NCBI GenBank assembly: GCA_035543375.1
Contig: DASZZF010000010.1
Location: 48,032 to 112,031, forward strand
Reading direction: 5' to 3'
Source: Candidatus Limnocylindria bacterium
GTDB taxonomy: Bacteria > Chloroflexota > Limnocylindria > P2-11E
DNA: 64,000 bases
A program made the translations under genes and the position numbers. Below are positions 9,175 to 19,474 of the stretch, in pieces. The notes under the pieces are model-generated. The model was not told where the DNA came from. It was given only the letters and a program-made list of their open reading frames with translations, and made no database searches. Every line of letters starts with the position of its first letter. The first letter of the stretch is position 1.

Positions 9175-10454
9175 TACGACGGCCGCGCGGCGGACCGCAG
9201 CTCGGCCGCGAGACCCGGTGGAACGTCAGCCTCCACGTCGATGCCGCGCTCGGAATAGTCTTCACGCCGCAGCACCCCGCGCTCCCTGATCCGCTGCAGC
9301 ATCGCGCCGCCGGTCTCGTATGGGAGCACGACCTGCACCGAGGTCCATCGGGCCCTGGCCTCCTCGGCGAGGCGGCCACGGATCGCCTCGGCGCCGTCGC
9401 CGGTCCGGGCCGACGCGAAGATCGCTTTCGGGAATTCGGCGCCCAGCGCTTCGCGGAGCGCTTCGCCCTCGGGTCCGCGAAGCGCATCCGCCTTGTTGAG
9501 TACGAGCAGGCGCGGCCGATCGGCGAGCTCGAGCGTCCGCAGGGTGTCGCTGACGACACGCATGAGCTCGTGTAGGTTCGGGTGCGACACGTCGGCCACG
9601 TGCACGAGCAGATCGGCGTCGGACAGCTCTTCCAGGGTCCCGCGGAAGGCCGCGAGCAGCGTCGGCGGCAGCTTGTTCACGAAACCGACGGTGTCGGTGA
9701 GAAGCATCGTCATCCCCTGCCCCACCTGGCTGCGGCGGGTCGTCGGGTCGAGGGTCGCGAAGGGCTGATCGGCGACGAGCACGTCCGAACCGCTGAGCGT
9801 GTTGAGCAACGTCGACTTGCCGCTGTTGGTGTAGCCGACGAGCGCGGCGAGAAAGAAGCCCTCCTTGGCGCGCGAACGGCGCGACCGGTCGCGCTGCGCG
9901 ACGACGGCCGCCAGACGCTCCTTGAGGTCCTGGATCCGGCGGCGGATGACTTGACGGTCGCTCTCGAGCTTCGTCTCGCCGGGTCCACGGGTGTTGATGC
10001 CGCCGCCCTGCCGGGACAGCTCCCGACCGACGCCCGCGAGCCGGGGCAGGCGGTATTCCATCTGCGCGAGCTCCACCTGGAGCTGACCCTCCCGCGAGCG
10101 GGCATGACGCGCGAAGATGTCGAGGATCACGGCGGACCGGTCGATGACGCGTGCATCGAGCAGCTTCTCGAGGTTCTTTTGCTGCTTCGGCGAGAGCTCG
10201 TCGTCGCATACGACGAGGTCGGCGCCGCTGCGGGTGCGCTCGAGCGCCAGCTCCTCGGCCTTGCCCTTCCCGACCCAAGTGCTCGGATCGGCCGCCCGGC
10301 GATGCTGCGACGTGCGGCCGACGACCGACGCGCCGGCAGCGACCACCAGGGTGCCCAGCTCGTCGAGCGAGTCCTCGGCCTCGAGCGCGTTGCCCTGCTG
10401 CTCGAGGCCGACGAGATACGCGCGCTCGGTCGGCACAGCCGTCTCGAAGGTCAC
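9174..10454 (-). CDS. hflX: GTPase HflX
   Basis: An HflX N-terminal domain is followed by the G motifs GYTNSGKSTLLN, DTVGF and NKAD. Confidence 0.9.
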   Translation of the reverse strand: MTFETAVPTERAYLVGLEQQGNALEAEDSLDELGTLVVAAGASVVGRTSQHRRAADPSTWVGKGKAEELALERTRSGADLVVCDDELSPKQQKNLEKLLDARVIDRSAVILDIFARHARSREGQLQVELAQMEYRLPRLAGVGRELSRQGGGINTRGPGETKLESDRQVIRRRIQDLKERLAAVVAQRDRSRRSRAKEGFFLAALVGYTNSGKSTLLNTLSGSDVLVADQPFATLDPTTRRSQVGQGMTMLLTDTVGFVNKLPPTLLAAFRGTLEELSDADLLVHVADVSHPNLHELMRVVSDTLRTLELADRPRLLVLNKADALRGPEGEALREALGAEFPKAIFASARTGDGAEAIRGRLAEEARARWTSVQVVLPYETGGAMLQRIRERGVLRREDYSERGIDVEADVPPGLAAELRSAARPS

Positions 10455-11041
10455 AGCTCTCCCTGGAAGACGTACTCGGCGGGGCCGGCGAGCTCGTAGC
10501 GCTCGCCGCGCGGCCGGACGATGAGTGTGCCACTCGGGAGCTTCACCCGGACCGTATCGCTCGTCACATCACCCCGCGCGATCGCGGCAGCGACGGCCGG
10601 GCAGGAGCCGGTGCCGCAGGCGAGCGTCTCAGCGACGCCGCGCTTGTGCACCCGCAACGCGAGCTCGCCCGCGCCCTGTGCGGCCACCACCGCCACGTTC
10701 GCGGGTCCGGCGAGCGCCGCCGACGCCGTCGCGAGCGCGATGAGGTCCTCACGCCCCGGATCGGCGACGAAGATCTCGCCCTCATCGCCACCGTGCCGGT
10801 CTAGGAGGTGCAGCGCGACGCAACGCGAGCCGTTCCCGCAGACGTCCGCGACGGAGCCGTCGGAGTTGTGGATGACGAGCGGCCAGCGCCGCCCGATCGG
10901 TGCGCCGATGATGACGATCCCGTCGGCGCCGATGCCGACGTGCCGGTCGCACAGCGCCCGCGCCCGCGGCGCGTCGATCGTGACGGGCTCGTCGACGACG
11001 ATAAAGTCGTCCCCGCGCCCGTGCATCTTCGTGAACCTCAT
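10451..11041 (-). CDS. dapF: diaminopimelate epimerase, abnormally short (196 aa; internal in-frame deletion)
   Basis: The ATG at 11041 gives MRFTKMHGRGDDFIVVD. Both catalytic Cys motifs are present (CGNGSRC and ETLACGTG). About 70 residues between them, including the GNPH region, are missing. The start overlaps the miaA stop (ATGA). Confidence 0.7.
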   Translation of the reverse strand: MRFTKMHGRGDDFIVVDEPVTIDAPRARALCDRHVGIGADGIVIIGAPIGRRWPLVIHNSDGSVADVCGNGSRCVALHLLDRHGGDEGEIFVADPGREDLIALATASAALAGPANVAVVAAQGAGELALRVHKRGVAETLACGTGSCPAVAAAIARGDVTSDTVRVKLPSGTLIVRPRGERYELAGPAEYVFQGEL

Positions 11042-11925
11042 ACCGCAGCCCCCTCGAGCAACGACAGCGGATCGAGGGCGGTCGGATCGACCCAGCGGAT
11101 GCGCGGATCGCGCCGGAACCACGTCATCTGCCGCCGCGAGTACGCGCGCACGTCCTTCGCGGTCGCGACGATGGCGGCGTCGAGGGTCAGTTCGCCGCCC
11201 AGATGCGCCGCCCAGTGGAGATAGCCGTGGCCGGTCATGCTCGGTAGGCGGGGATCGAGACCGTGCTCGAGGAGCCCGCGCGTCTCCTCGAGCACGCCAT
11301 CGTCGACCATCTGCCGTACCCGCGCGTCGATCCGCGCATCGAGCCATGCCCGCGGCGGATCGAGCCCGATGCGCGGGCAGTCGATCGGCTCGCCACGTTC
11401 ACGCGGCACGCGACCGGCGAGCAGCGCGAGCTCGAGGTAGCGGACAACACGGCGCGCATTGCGAGGGTCCACCCGTTCCGCCGCGGCCGGATCGATCCGC
11501 GCGAGCTCGCGATGCAGGGCCGCGCCGCCCTCGGACAGGACCCGCGCCTCGAGGCGCGCCCGCACCGCGGGGTCGGTCGGCGCCGCATCGAGCACCAGAC
11601 CGTCGAGGAGCGCGCGCACGTAAAGCCCGGTGCCTCCGACCAGGTAGGCGGTCCGTCCTCGCGCGGCGATCTCGGCGAGCGCCGTCCGCCCATCGCGCTG
11701 GTAGCGCGCGGCGTCGTACGGCTCGCCTGGATCGACGAGGTCGATGCAATGGTGCGGCATCTGCCGTTGCTCCTCGGGGGTGGCCTTCGCCGTCCCAATG
11801 TCCATCCCGCGATAGACCTGGCGCGAATCGGCGGACACGATCTCCCCGCCGGCACCTTTCGCCGCGCGCAACGCGAGCGCGCTCTTTCCGGACGCCGTCG
11901 GTCCCACGATCAGAATGACGTTCAT
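11038..11925 (-). CDS. miaA: tRNA dimethylallyltransferase
   Basis: P-loop GPTASGKSALAL, plus the MiaA motifs DSRQVYRGMDIGTAK and VGGTGLY. Confidence 0.9.
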   Translation of the reverse strand: MNVILIVGPTASGKSALALRAAKGAGGEIVSADSRQVYRGMDIGTAKATPEEQRQMPHHCIDLVDPGEPYDAARYQRDGRTALAEIAARGRTAYLVGGTGLYVRALLDGLVLDAAPTDPAVRARLEARVLSEGGAALHRELARIDPAAAERVDPRNARRVVRYLELALLAGRVPRERGEPIDCPRIGLDPPRAWLDARIDARVRQMVDDGVLEETRGLLEHGLDPRLPSMTGHGYLHWAAHLGGELTLDAAIVATAKDVRAYSRRQMTWFRRDPRIRWVDPTALDPLSLLEGAAV

Positions 11926-13274
11926 CGCTGCCGGTCGAGCTCCGCCAGCGCCGCCCGCGCCCGCGCGAGCGTGGCGCCCGCGGGCGGGCGCTCGCCGTAC
12001 CGGAGGTCCTCGAAGGCCCGCACGAGCGCACCCGCCGCGGCAAAGCGCGGCTCGCGGGCCAGGGCCCGCTGGAGATGCTCGGCAGGAGTCTCCCCTATCC
12101 CCCGCCAGCCGATACCGGCGGCGTCGGAGTACCTGAGCAGCCGCCAGTAGAGATGGCGTAACGCGCCCGCCGGCGTCCCGTCATCGCGCGGGGCCGCCGG
12201 TCGCCGAGCGCGGCGGGGCAACAAGCCCGCGAGGAGGGCGCCCAGGCCGTCGCCGTCGACCCGCGCCCGCTCGAGTGACGCACCCTCGGGCAGCAGCGCG
12301 CGGCGCTCGCGGGTCATCCGCTCAACGAGCACGAGGGCGATCAGGATGGCGAACACGGCGATGACGATCACGATGCCACCCACGACGAAGGGACGGGTGG
12401 CCTCGAGCTGACGAAGAGCCTCCGCTTCTTCGAACGGCGACATTGGCTGGATGGCAGGCAGCCGCGGGATGCCCGGCCCGAACCAGCTCGCGATCGCCCG
12501 CACGATCGCGATGAAGAACGCGGCCACGTACCCTAGGGCGAGGAGCACGTTGTAGATGAGGCCGCCGAACAGCGTAAGCAGCGCGTCCGCGGCTTGCGCC
12601 AGGAGGTCTCCGCCATACGGTGTCAGCGCGCCCGCGACGATAGCGAGGGCAGCTAGCAGGATGGAGGTGCCGGACGCGGTGCCGCGGCCCGCCCCGCCGC
12701 GGGCATCCGGGCCGGCAAGGACAAGCTCCTCGGCGGAACGCGCGAGCGACAGCGCCAATCCGGTCGCCACGATGGCCACGATGGCCGCGACGGTCAGTCC
12801 CGCGCGGTCGACGGCTCCCGGGACGAGCGCCGCGGCAATGAGCGCGAGGATCGCGGTGAAGCCGGCATTCCGCGCGTCGATCCAACGGACAAGCGAGCGC
12901 GCGACGCCGAGGTTCCGCCAGAGGAACGCTTCGCCCGCGATACCGAAGAACACGAGCCGTCCGAGGATCGTGACACCGTCCGGCCGCGCCGGCAGCGTGG
13001 CGATGCCGTACCCTGCCGCGCCCGCGATGACCACGATCGCGAGCCACATGTTCTGCGAGGCCGCGCGAGCCGCACGCAGCACGCTGGCCATGACGATGCC
13101 GGTGCCGATCAAGACGAGCGTGACTGCGACCACCGGGATCGGACGATCGCCGGCGAAGCCGACCTGCAGCCCGGCCGCGACCGCGGCGAAGAACACGCCC
13201 TCGATGACGCAGCGGGCCACCAGCAGGGCGACGATCGTCGCCTCGGCGCTAGACCGCCGCATGGCGAGCGCCAT
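11922..13274 (-). CDS. polytopic membrane protein with C-terminal DUF4129-like domain
   Basis: Multiple TM helices are followed by a C-terminal soluble segment (YWRLLRY...GETPAEHL...FEDLRYGERPP) typical of DUF4129. It occupies the third position of a MoxR-DUF58 operon. No transglutaminase Cys-His-Asp core was recognised. Confidence 0.6.
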   Translation of the reverse strand: MALAMRRSSAEATIVALLVARCVIEGVFFAAVAAGLQVGFAGDRPIPVVAVTLVLIGTGIVMASVLRAARAASQNMWLAIVVIAGAAGYGIATLPARPDGVTILGRLVFFGIAGEAFLWRNLGVARSLVRWIDARNAGFTAILALIAAALVPGAVDRAGLTVAAIVAIVATGLALSLARSAEELVLAGPDARGGAGRGTASGTSILLAALAIVAGALTPYGGDLLAQAADALLTLFGGLIYNVLLALGYVAAFFIAIVRAIASWFGPGIPRLPAIQPMSPFEEAEALRQLEATRPFVVGGIVIVIAVFAILIALVLVERMTRERRALLPEGASLERARVDGDGLGALLAGLLPRRARRPAAPRDDGTPAGALRHLYWRLLRYSDAAGIGWRGIGETPAEHLQRALAREPRFAAAGALVRAFEDLRYGERPPAGATLARARAALAELDRQR

Positions 13275-14463
13275 ACCGCAGCGCGTCCACCGTCACGTCC
13301 GCGGCGCGCAGCCGCGCGCGGACGGCGTCGTCCGGCTCTTCGATGGAGAGGGTGAGCACGCGATGATGCGCGCGCCGCAGGGCGAGGAGCGCGATTGCGA
13401 GGCCGGTGGGCAGGCGCGGGGTGACGCAGATGAGCGTGGCGCCGAAGGGCAACCGGCCGCGCTCGCGGAGGAAGACGTCCTCGGGCGCTGCTGCCGCGTA
13501 CGGCCCGAGCCGCGCGAGGATCTCGAGGCTGCGCGTGATCGGACGCGGACCGCGGCCGAGCGCCGAGCGCGGCCGTTCGTGCGTGAGGTTGTCGAGCCCG
13601 TTCGTCACGAGACCGATCTGCCGACCTTGTGCGGCCGCGAGCCGGACGAGCTCGGCGGTGGCCGAGATCACGATCTCCGTCTCGTCGGGGTCGGCCTGGA
13701 TCCAGAACTGGTCGTAGGTCGCGACGTTGAGCAGGAAGATCGCGTCCAGGCTTGTTGCCGGCTCGTAGACCTTCGTTTGCAACGTGCCCTGACGCGCCGT
13801 CGCCTTCCAGTGGATCTCCTTGCGTGGATCGCCGCTCCGATGCTCGCGGACGCCGCGGAAGCGCAACGGATCCGGCAGCAGGCCGCGCTTCGTCGCGGTC
13901 TCGGCCAACGGCCGGAGCGACGGGCGGTGCCGATCGAGCACGGTTAGGGGCTTCGGATAGGCGATGACGGTCGGGCCGCCGTCGAGGGTGGCTTCCACCT
14001 GGGTGAAGCCGAGCCAGTCGCCGCTGCGGAGGCGAAGCGGCCCGAGCGCGTACGCCCCGCGCTGCGCCGCGCGGAGCGCGAATGTCAGCGTGATCCGCTC
14101 GTGCGCGCGCGGGGAGAAGCCGGCGCCGACTGACACGCGCGGCACGCCGGGAGGCGCGGGCAGGGGCTCGATCCCCTCGGGCAGCGCGAGGCGCGCCTCG
14201 AGCCACGGCATCGGCAGCGGCTTTCGGTTCGCGATGACGATCCGAACCTCGCACGCCTCACCCGCGACGAGCCGTTGCGGTACGACCTCACAACGGACGA
14301 CGAGCCCCCGCAGTGCGGTCCGCGCCGTGAGTGCCGAAACGCCCCATGCCGCGAGGGCAGCGCCGGCGACGAGCAGCACGACGGGTATCCGGATGATCGC
14401 GGCCGCCACGAGGAGCGCGACGCAGGCCGGCCAGGGAAAGACGCCTAGGCGCTGTTCGGTCAT
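13249..14463 (-). CDS. DUF58 (vWA-like) domain protein
   Basis: Two N-terminal TM helices are followed by a DUF58 core (GVREHRSGDPRKEIHWKATAR). It lies immediately downstream of the MoxR ATPase and overlaps it. Confidence 0.8.
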   Translation of the reverse strand: MTEQRLGVFPWPACVALLVAAAIIRIPVVLLVAGAALAAWGVSALTARTALRGLVVRCEVVPQRLVAGEACEVRIVIANRKPLPMPWLEARLALPEGIEPLPAPPGVPRVSVGAGFSPRAHERITLTFALRAAQRGAYALGPLRLRSGDWLGFTQVEATLDGGPTVIAYPKPLTVLDRHRPSLRPLAETATKRGLLPDPLRFRGVREHRSGDPRKEIHWKATARQGTLQTKVYEPATSLDAIFLLNVATYDQFWIQADPDETEIVISATAELVRLAAAQGRQIGLVTNGLDNLTHERPRSALGRGPRPITRSLEILARLGPYAAAAPEDVFLRERGRLPFGATLICVTPRLPTGLAIALLALRRAHHRVLTLSIEEPDDAVRARLRAADVTVDALRYGARHAAV

Positions 14464-15419
14464 GCGACCGGCCGTGGCTCCTCCGCCGGCACAGGCACGC
14501 GCGCGAGAAGGTCCGTGACGACCGCCGCCGATGTGCGCCCGCGCATCTGCGCGTCGGCATCGAGGAACAGGCGGTGCCGCAGCACCGCAGGCGCCTGCCG
14601 CTTCACGTCGTCGGGGAGCACGTAGTCGCGCCCGCGGATCGCGGCATGGGCCTGCGCGGCCCGGAACAGCGCGATGGACGCCCGCGGGCTCGCGCCGAGC
14701 TCTACGCCCGGCACGTCGCGGCTGGCGCGGGCGATGGCCGCCACGTAGGTGCGCACCGCGTCGCCGACGCGCACCTCCCGAACCGCGTCGCGGAGCTCGA
14801 CCAGGGCGGCGTGATCGAAGATCGGCGCGAGCGTGCCGGTATCGACGTTCGCCGCGCCGTGCACGCGCAGTATCTCGTCCTCCTCCGCCGCCGACGGATA
14901 GCCGAGATCGAGGAGGAACAGGAATCGATCGAGCTGCGCTTCGGGCAGCGGGAAGGTGCCCTCGAGCTCGATCGGGTTCTGGGTCGCGATGACGAAGAAC
15001 GGGTCGGGCAGCGGATGGGTCGCCTCATCGACGGTCACTTGCCGCTCTTGCATCGCCTCGAGGAGGCTCGACTGCGCGCGAGGCGTCGCGCGGTTGATCT
15101 CATCGACCAGCACGACGTTCGCCATGAGCGGCCCGGGCCGGTACTCGAAGCGTCCGGCGCGCTGGTCGAAGATCGACACACCGGTGACGTCCGACGGCAC
15201 GAGATCGGGCGTGCATTGAATCCGCCGGAACTCGAGGTCGAGCGAGCGGGCGACCGCGCGCGCGAGGGTCGTCTTGCCGACCCCGGGCACGTCATCGATG
15301 AGGACATGACCCGCGACGAGCAGCGCCGCGAACAGCTGCTCGACCGGCTCCGCCTTCCCAACGACGACGCGGCCGACCTGCGCGACGAGCTGCTCCGCCG
15401 CCTGCTTGACGGAAGGCAC
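14460..15419 (-). CDS. MoxR-family AAA+ ATPase
   Basis: Walker A is GVGKTTLAR and Walker B is VVLVDEINRA. A MoxR-type C-terminal lid is present. GTG start. Confidence 0.9.
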   Translation of the reverse strand: MPSVKQAAEQLVAQVGRVVVGKAEPVEQLFAALLVAGHVLIDDVPGVGKTTLARAVARSLDLEFRRIQCTPDLVPSDVTGVSIFDQRAGRFEYRPGPLMANVVLVDEINRATPRAQSSLLEAMQERQVTVDEATHPLPDPFFVIATQNPIELEGTFPLPEAQLDRFLFLLDLGYPSAAEEDEILRVHGAANVDTGTLAPIFDHAALVELRDAVREVRVGDAVRTYVAAIARASRDVPGVELGASPRASIALFRAAQAHAAIRGRDYVLPDDVKRQAPAVLRHRLFLDADAQMRGRTSAAVVTDLLARVPVPAEEPRPVA

Positions 15420-16294
15420 TAGGCGGCCGGCGACGAGTGACGCGCGGACGCGGCGGACCGCGACGCATCACCACGGATGGCGCTGGCCGCGGCGAGCGCC
15501 AGGGCCAGGGCGATAAAGGCCGCGAGCCCGTGCAGGCCCACTTGGACCGGATCGATCACCTTGAGCGCGAAGGGACTGAACGCGCGCTCGATGAAGAAGA
15601 TGAGCGCGAGGGTGAGCAAGAGCCGGAGCGCGACGCTGCCGCCATGAACGGCGCGGGTCGCGACGACGAGCACGACGACGGCGAAGAGATAGACGATCCA
15701 GCCCGACGAATCACCGGAGACATCCCACGCGCGCCCACCCGGGACGAAACCCGCGACGAGCCCGTCCGTGACGAGGACCGCGGCGAGAGCGAGCGTCAGC
15801 ACGCCGAGCCGCCAGGACGTGCCCGCGCCGATGGCCGTCGGCGCAGGGCGCGCGGCGACCGGCTCCGGCGGGGGCAGCGGCGTCGTGGTCTCGAGCGAGA
15901 AGAGCGCCTCCATGTCGCCTGGCACGACGCTGCGACCGAGACGCCACACGCGAAGGGCGCCCAAGAGGATAACGAGCTCGACGAGCGCCGTCACAAAGTG
16001 GATGACGATCGACTCGGGTGGTTTCGGGCCGAGGATGAACGCGGTGAGCGGCCGCTCGACCATGAAGAAGCCGGACAGGGCGATCCGGCCCATGAGCGTG
16101 CGCTCGCTCCCGCGCGCAACGGCGAGAGCGATGAGCAGATTCACGAAGGCGAACACATAGGACGTCCAGCCGACGCCGTGGTACTCGTCGAGGATCGGCC
16201 CGCCCGCGAAGTTGTGGTCGAGCACGCCGTCGGCGACGAAAAGGATCGACGCAAGCAGCATGAGCGCGACGACCGGACGAAGCGCACGCGCCAT
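15419..16294 (-). CDS. hypothetical 8-TM membrane protein (internally duplicated)
   Basis: The start was trimmed to the ATG at 16294 (MARALRPVVALMLL). Two homologous 4-TM halves are visible by eye. The stop overlaps the MoxR start by 1 nt. Confidence 0.55.
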   Translation of the reverse strand: MARALRPVVALMLLASILFVADGVLDHNFAGGPILDEYHGVGWTSYVFAFVNLLIALAVARGSERTLMGRIALSGFFMVERPLTAFILGPKPPESIVIHFVTALVELVILLGALRVWRLGRSVVPGDMEALFSLETTTPLPPPEPVAARPAPTAIGAGTSWRLGVLTLALAAVLVTDGLVAGFVPGGRAWDVSGDSSGWIVYLFAVVVLVVATRAVHGGSVALRLLLTLALIFFIERAFSPFALKVIDPVQVGLHGLAAFIALALALAAASAIRGDASRSAASARHSSPAA

Positions 16295-16316
16295 CAGCGA
16301 TCCCCTTCCACGCGGC

Positions 16317-17165
16317 TCAGATGGTAGCCGCGGGCCGCCGGCCGAGTCGCGCCTCGAGCGCCGGAATCGTCTCCGGCGGCACGAACACCCCGCCGAGGTC
16401 GGCACCGTGCGCTCCGCGGCCGTGAAAGTCGCTCCCGCCGGTGGGCACGAGCCCGTAGCGCGCCGCCAGCCGGAGGCAGCGGGCCATCGTTGCGGGCGAA
16501 TGCGAGCCGTAGTACGACTCGATGCCGCCGAGCCCCGCGTCGACGATCAGTGGCAGCAGCTCCTCGAGCCCGACCACGGTGAATGGATGGGCGAGCGAGG
16601 GCACCCCGCCGTGCTCCACGACGAGCCGCACCGCCTCGATGGGGGTCAGCCCCACGCGCGGGACGTACGCCGGCGCACCCTTCGCGATGAGGGTGTCGAA
16701 AGCAGCGTCATACGTCGGCACGTGGCCCGCTTCGAAGAGGGCCTGGGCAAGGTGTGGCCGGCCGAGCGAACCGCCGCTCGCGATCTCGAGCACGCGGGCC
16801 AGCGAGATCGTCAAGCCGAGCTCGTTCAGCTTCTCGACCATGAGCTCGATGCGCCGGCCGCGGTTGTCGCGCAGCCAGCGGAGACGCTGCTCCAACGCGT
16901 CGTCGGCCGGGTCGAGGAAATACCCGAGGATATGGACGTCGCCCCACTCCGATTCGGTGTTCAGCTCTGTCGACGGGATGACCCGCACGCCGAGGCGCTC
17001 CCCCACCGCGACAGCCTCCAGCGCGCCGGCCAGCGTGTCGTGGTCGGAGAGGGCCTGGACCCGCACGCCGCGCTTCGCCGCGCGCTCGACGAGCGCGGCC
17101 GGCTCATAGGCGCCGTCGGAGCGCAGCGAGTGCGTGTGTAGGTCGATCGGATAGCCCGCGCTCAT
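16317..17165 (-). CDS. PHP-domain metal-dependent phosphoesterase
   Basis: N-terminal DLHTHSLRSDG and later SDHD, GG.ESY and GSDFHG motifs match the PHP (TrpH/YciV-like) family. Confidence 0.8.
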   Translation of the reverse strand: MSAGYPIDLHTHSLRSDGAYEPAALVERAAKRGVRVQALSDHDTLAGALEAVAVGERLGVRVIPSTELNTESEWGDVHILGYFLDPADDALEQRLRWLRDNRGRRIELMVEKLNELGLTISLARVLEIASGGSLGRPHLAQALFEAGHVPTYDAAFDTLIAKGAPAYVPRVGLTPIEAVRLVVEHGGVPSLAHPFTVVGLEELLPLIVDAGLGGIESYYGSHSPATMARCLRLAARYGLVPTGGSDFHGRGAHGADLGGVFVPPETIPALEARLGRRPAATI

Positions 17166-17935
17166 GCGTCGTGGATACGGTCGATGCGCTCGATCGACCG
17201 GGCTTGACCGGTCGCGTCATCCGCCACGACCAGCACACTGTTGAACGCGACCGGACCGTCGGCGACCTCGAAGCGTTTCGGCATGCCGGTGCGGAAGCGC
17301 TCAACAATGATCTCGGGACGCATCCCGAGTACCGAGTCGCGTGGCCCGACCATGCCGGTATCGCAGACAAGCGCCGTCCCGCGCGGTAACACCCGCGCGT
17401 CCGCCGTAGGCACATGGGTGTGGCTCCCGACTATCGCGGTGAACCGGCCGTCGAGGTGCCAGCCCATCGCGAGCTTCTCGCTCGTTGCCTCGGCGTGCCA
17501 GTCGAGGATCCGTACCGCCGGCGCACCGTCGGCCAAGCCGGCGATCAGCTCGTCTAGCGCCCGGAACGGGTCGTCCGCGGCGGCCATGAACGTGCGGCCG
17601 ATCGCGTTGACGACGAGCGCGCCCTTCGCCACGAGCGAGCCGCGGCCCGGATTGTTCGGCGGGAGGTTGAGCGGCCGCAGCACGAAATCCAGCGTCTCGA
17701 TCTCGTGGGTGAACTGACGCTGGTCCCAGACGTGATTGCCGGTCGTGACGACATCGGCGCCCGCAGCCCGCAGCTCACGCGCGATCTCGGCCGTCAAGCC
17801 CGCGCCACCCGCTGCATTCTCCCCGTTCACGATGGCCAGGTCCACCCGATACTCGCGGCGAAGATCGGGCAGGAGCCGCTCGACGGCCTGGCGGCCCGGC
17901 CGGCCCACGACGTCACCGACGAAAAGGATGCGCAC
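17162..17935 (-). CDS. ymdB: YmdB-family metallophosphoesterase (2',3'-cyclic-nucleotide phosphodiesterase)
   Basis: MRILFVGDVVGRPGR, NGENAAGG, GNHVWD and GSHTHVPT motifs. It sits directly downstream of rny, as in Bacillus. Confidence 0.85.
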   Translation of the reverse strand: MRILFVGDVVGRPGRQAVERLLPDLRREYRVDLAIVNGENAAGGAGLTAEIARELRAAGADVVTTGNHVWDQRQFTHEIETLDFVLRPLNLPPNNPGRGSLVAKGALVVNAIGRTFMAAADDPFRALDELIAGLADGAPAVRILDWHAEATSEKLAMGWHLDGRFTAIVGSHTHVPTADARVLPRGTALVCDTGMVGPRDSVLGMRPEIIVERFRTGMPKRFEVADGPVAFNSVLVVADDATGQARSIERIDRIHDA

Positions 17936-17938
17936 GGA

Positions 17939-19474
17939 TCACTTCGCGTAGTCGACGGAGCGCGTCTCCCGAATGACCGTGATCTTGACCTGTCCCGGGT
18001 ACTGAAGGGTCTCCTGGATCTTCTGCGCCATGTCGCGCGCGAGCCGCGCGGCATGCAGGTCGTCGATCTCGCCCGGCTTCACCATGACCCGGACCTCGCG
18101 GCCGGCCTGGATCGCGAACGCCTTCTCGACGCCGGGAAAGCTGTTCGCGACCGCCTCGAGGTCCGTGAGCCGCTGGATGTAGTTTGAGACGATCTCGCTG
18201 CGGGCGCCCGGCCGGGCGGCGCTGATCGCATCCGCGGCGGAGATGAGCGTGCCCACCATCGTGACGGGCTCGACATCGCCATGATGGCCGACGACGCCGT
18301 CGATGACCACCTGCGGGAATCCGTACCGCTTCAGCAGCTCGCCGCCGATGACGGTGTGTGCGCCCTCGACCTCGTGGTCGATCGCCTTGCCGATATCGTG
18401 AAGCAGGCCCGCACGCTTCATCGTCTGCTGGTCGTAGCCGGTCTCCGCCGCAAGCATGCCCGCGATGTGGGCGACCTCGATCGAGTGACGGAGGACGTTC
18501 TGGCCGAACGACGTACGGAAGTGCAGCCGTCCCAGGAACTTCACGAGGTCCGGGTGCAGCGCGCCGATGCCGACCTCGTAGACCGCGGTCTCGCCGGCCT
18601 CCTTGATGGACTGGTCGATCTCGGTGCGGGCCCGGCCGACGGCCTCTTCGATCCGGGCCGGGTGGATCCGTCCGTCCACCAGGAGCCGCTCGAGCGCCCG
18701 CTTCGCGACTTCACGGCGGATCGGATCGAAGCCCGAGACGACGACCGTCTCCGGCGTGTCGTCGATGATCACATCGACCCCGGTGAGCGTCTCGAGGGCT
18801 CGGATGTTGCGGCCTTCACGACCGATGATGCGGCCTTTCATGTCATCGCTCGGCAGGGACACCGCGGTCACGGAATGCTCCGCCGTGTGCTCGGCCGCGT
18901 ATCGCTGCAGGGACATCGTGATGATCGCGCGGGCCTTCTCGTCCGCGCGCTCACGGGCCTCGATCTCGTACTCGCGGACCTTGCGGTTGGTGATATCGCG
19001 CATCTCGTCTTCGACGCGTTCGAGGAGCAGGGCCCGGGCTTCCTCTTCGTTCAGGCCGGCGATCCGGGCGAGCTCACTGCGCTGCTCGTCCTGCAGCTGT
19101 CCGATCTTCGCCCGTTCGGTCTCGAGCGCGGCTTCCCTGTCGCCCGATCGGCGCTCCCGCTCGACGAGCTCGGCGGTCTGGGTGTCGAGCTGCTCGTCCT
19201 TCTTGTCCAGCCGGGACTCGTACCGCTGGAGCTCGGCGCGGCGCTCCCGGTTCTCGACTTCCGCCCCTTTGGCGACCTTGAGGGCCTCGTCCTTAGCGTC
19301 GAGGATGATCTCTTTCTGCTTGGTCCGTGCCTCGGCGAGCAGCCGGTCGGCGCTCGCGCGCGCGGTCGTTTCGCCTGAGAGGGCGATACTGCGGCGCACG
19401 AGCAGCGCGATCGCGAAGCCGATCGGGACCGCGACGACGAAGACGATGAGCCCAACGACAAAGGTGTCGGGCAT
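17939..19474 (-). CDS. rny: ribonuclease Y
   Basis: The ATG at 19474 gives an N-terminal TM helix ([17 protein letters not shown]), a coiled coil, a KH domain ([15 protein letters not shown]) and an HD domain (HSIEVAH...LLHDIGK). The 5' 187 codons of ORF 17939..20035 are read-through. Confidence 0.92.
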   Translation of the reverse strand: MPDTFVVGLIVFVVAVPIGFAIALLVRRSIALSGETTARASADRLLAEARTKQKEIILDAKDEALKVAKGAEVENRERRAELQRYESRLDKKDEQLDTQTAELVERERRSGDREAALETERAKIGQLQDEQRSELARIAGLNEEEARALLLERVEDEMRDITNRKVREYEIEARERADEKARAIITMSLQRYAAEHTAEHSVTAVSLPSDDMKGRIIGREGRNIRALETLTGVDVIIDDTPETVVVSGFDPIRREVAKRALERLLVDGRIHPARIEEAVGRARTEIDQSIKEAGETAVYEVGIGALHPDLVKFLGRLHFRTSFGQNVLRHSIEVAHIAGMLAAETGYDQQTMKRAGLLHDIGKAIDHEVEGAHTVIGGELLKRYGFPQVVIDGVVGHHGDVEPVTMVGTLISAADAISAARPGARSEIVSNYIQRLTDLEAVANSFPGVEKAFAIQAGREVRVMVKPGEIDDLHAARLARDMAQKIQETLQYPGQVKITVIRETRSVDYAK

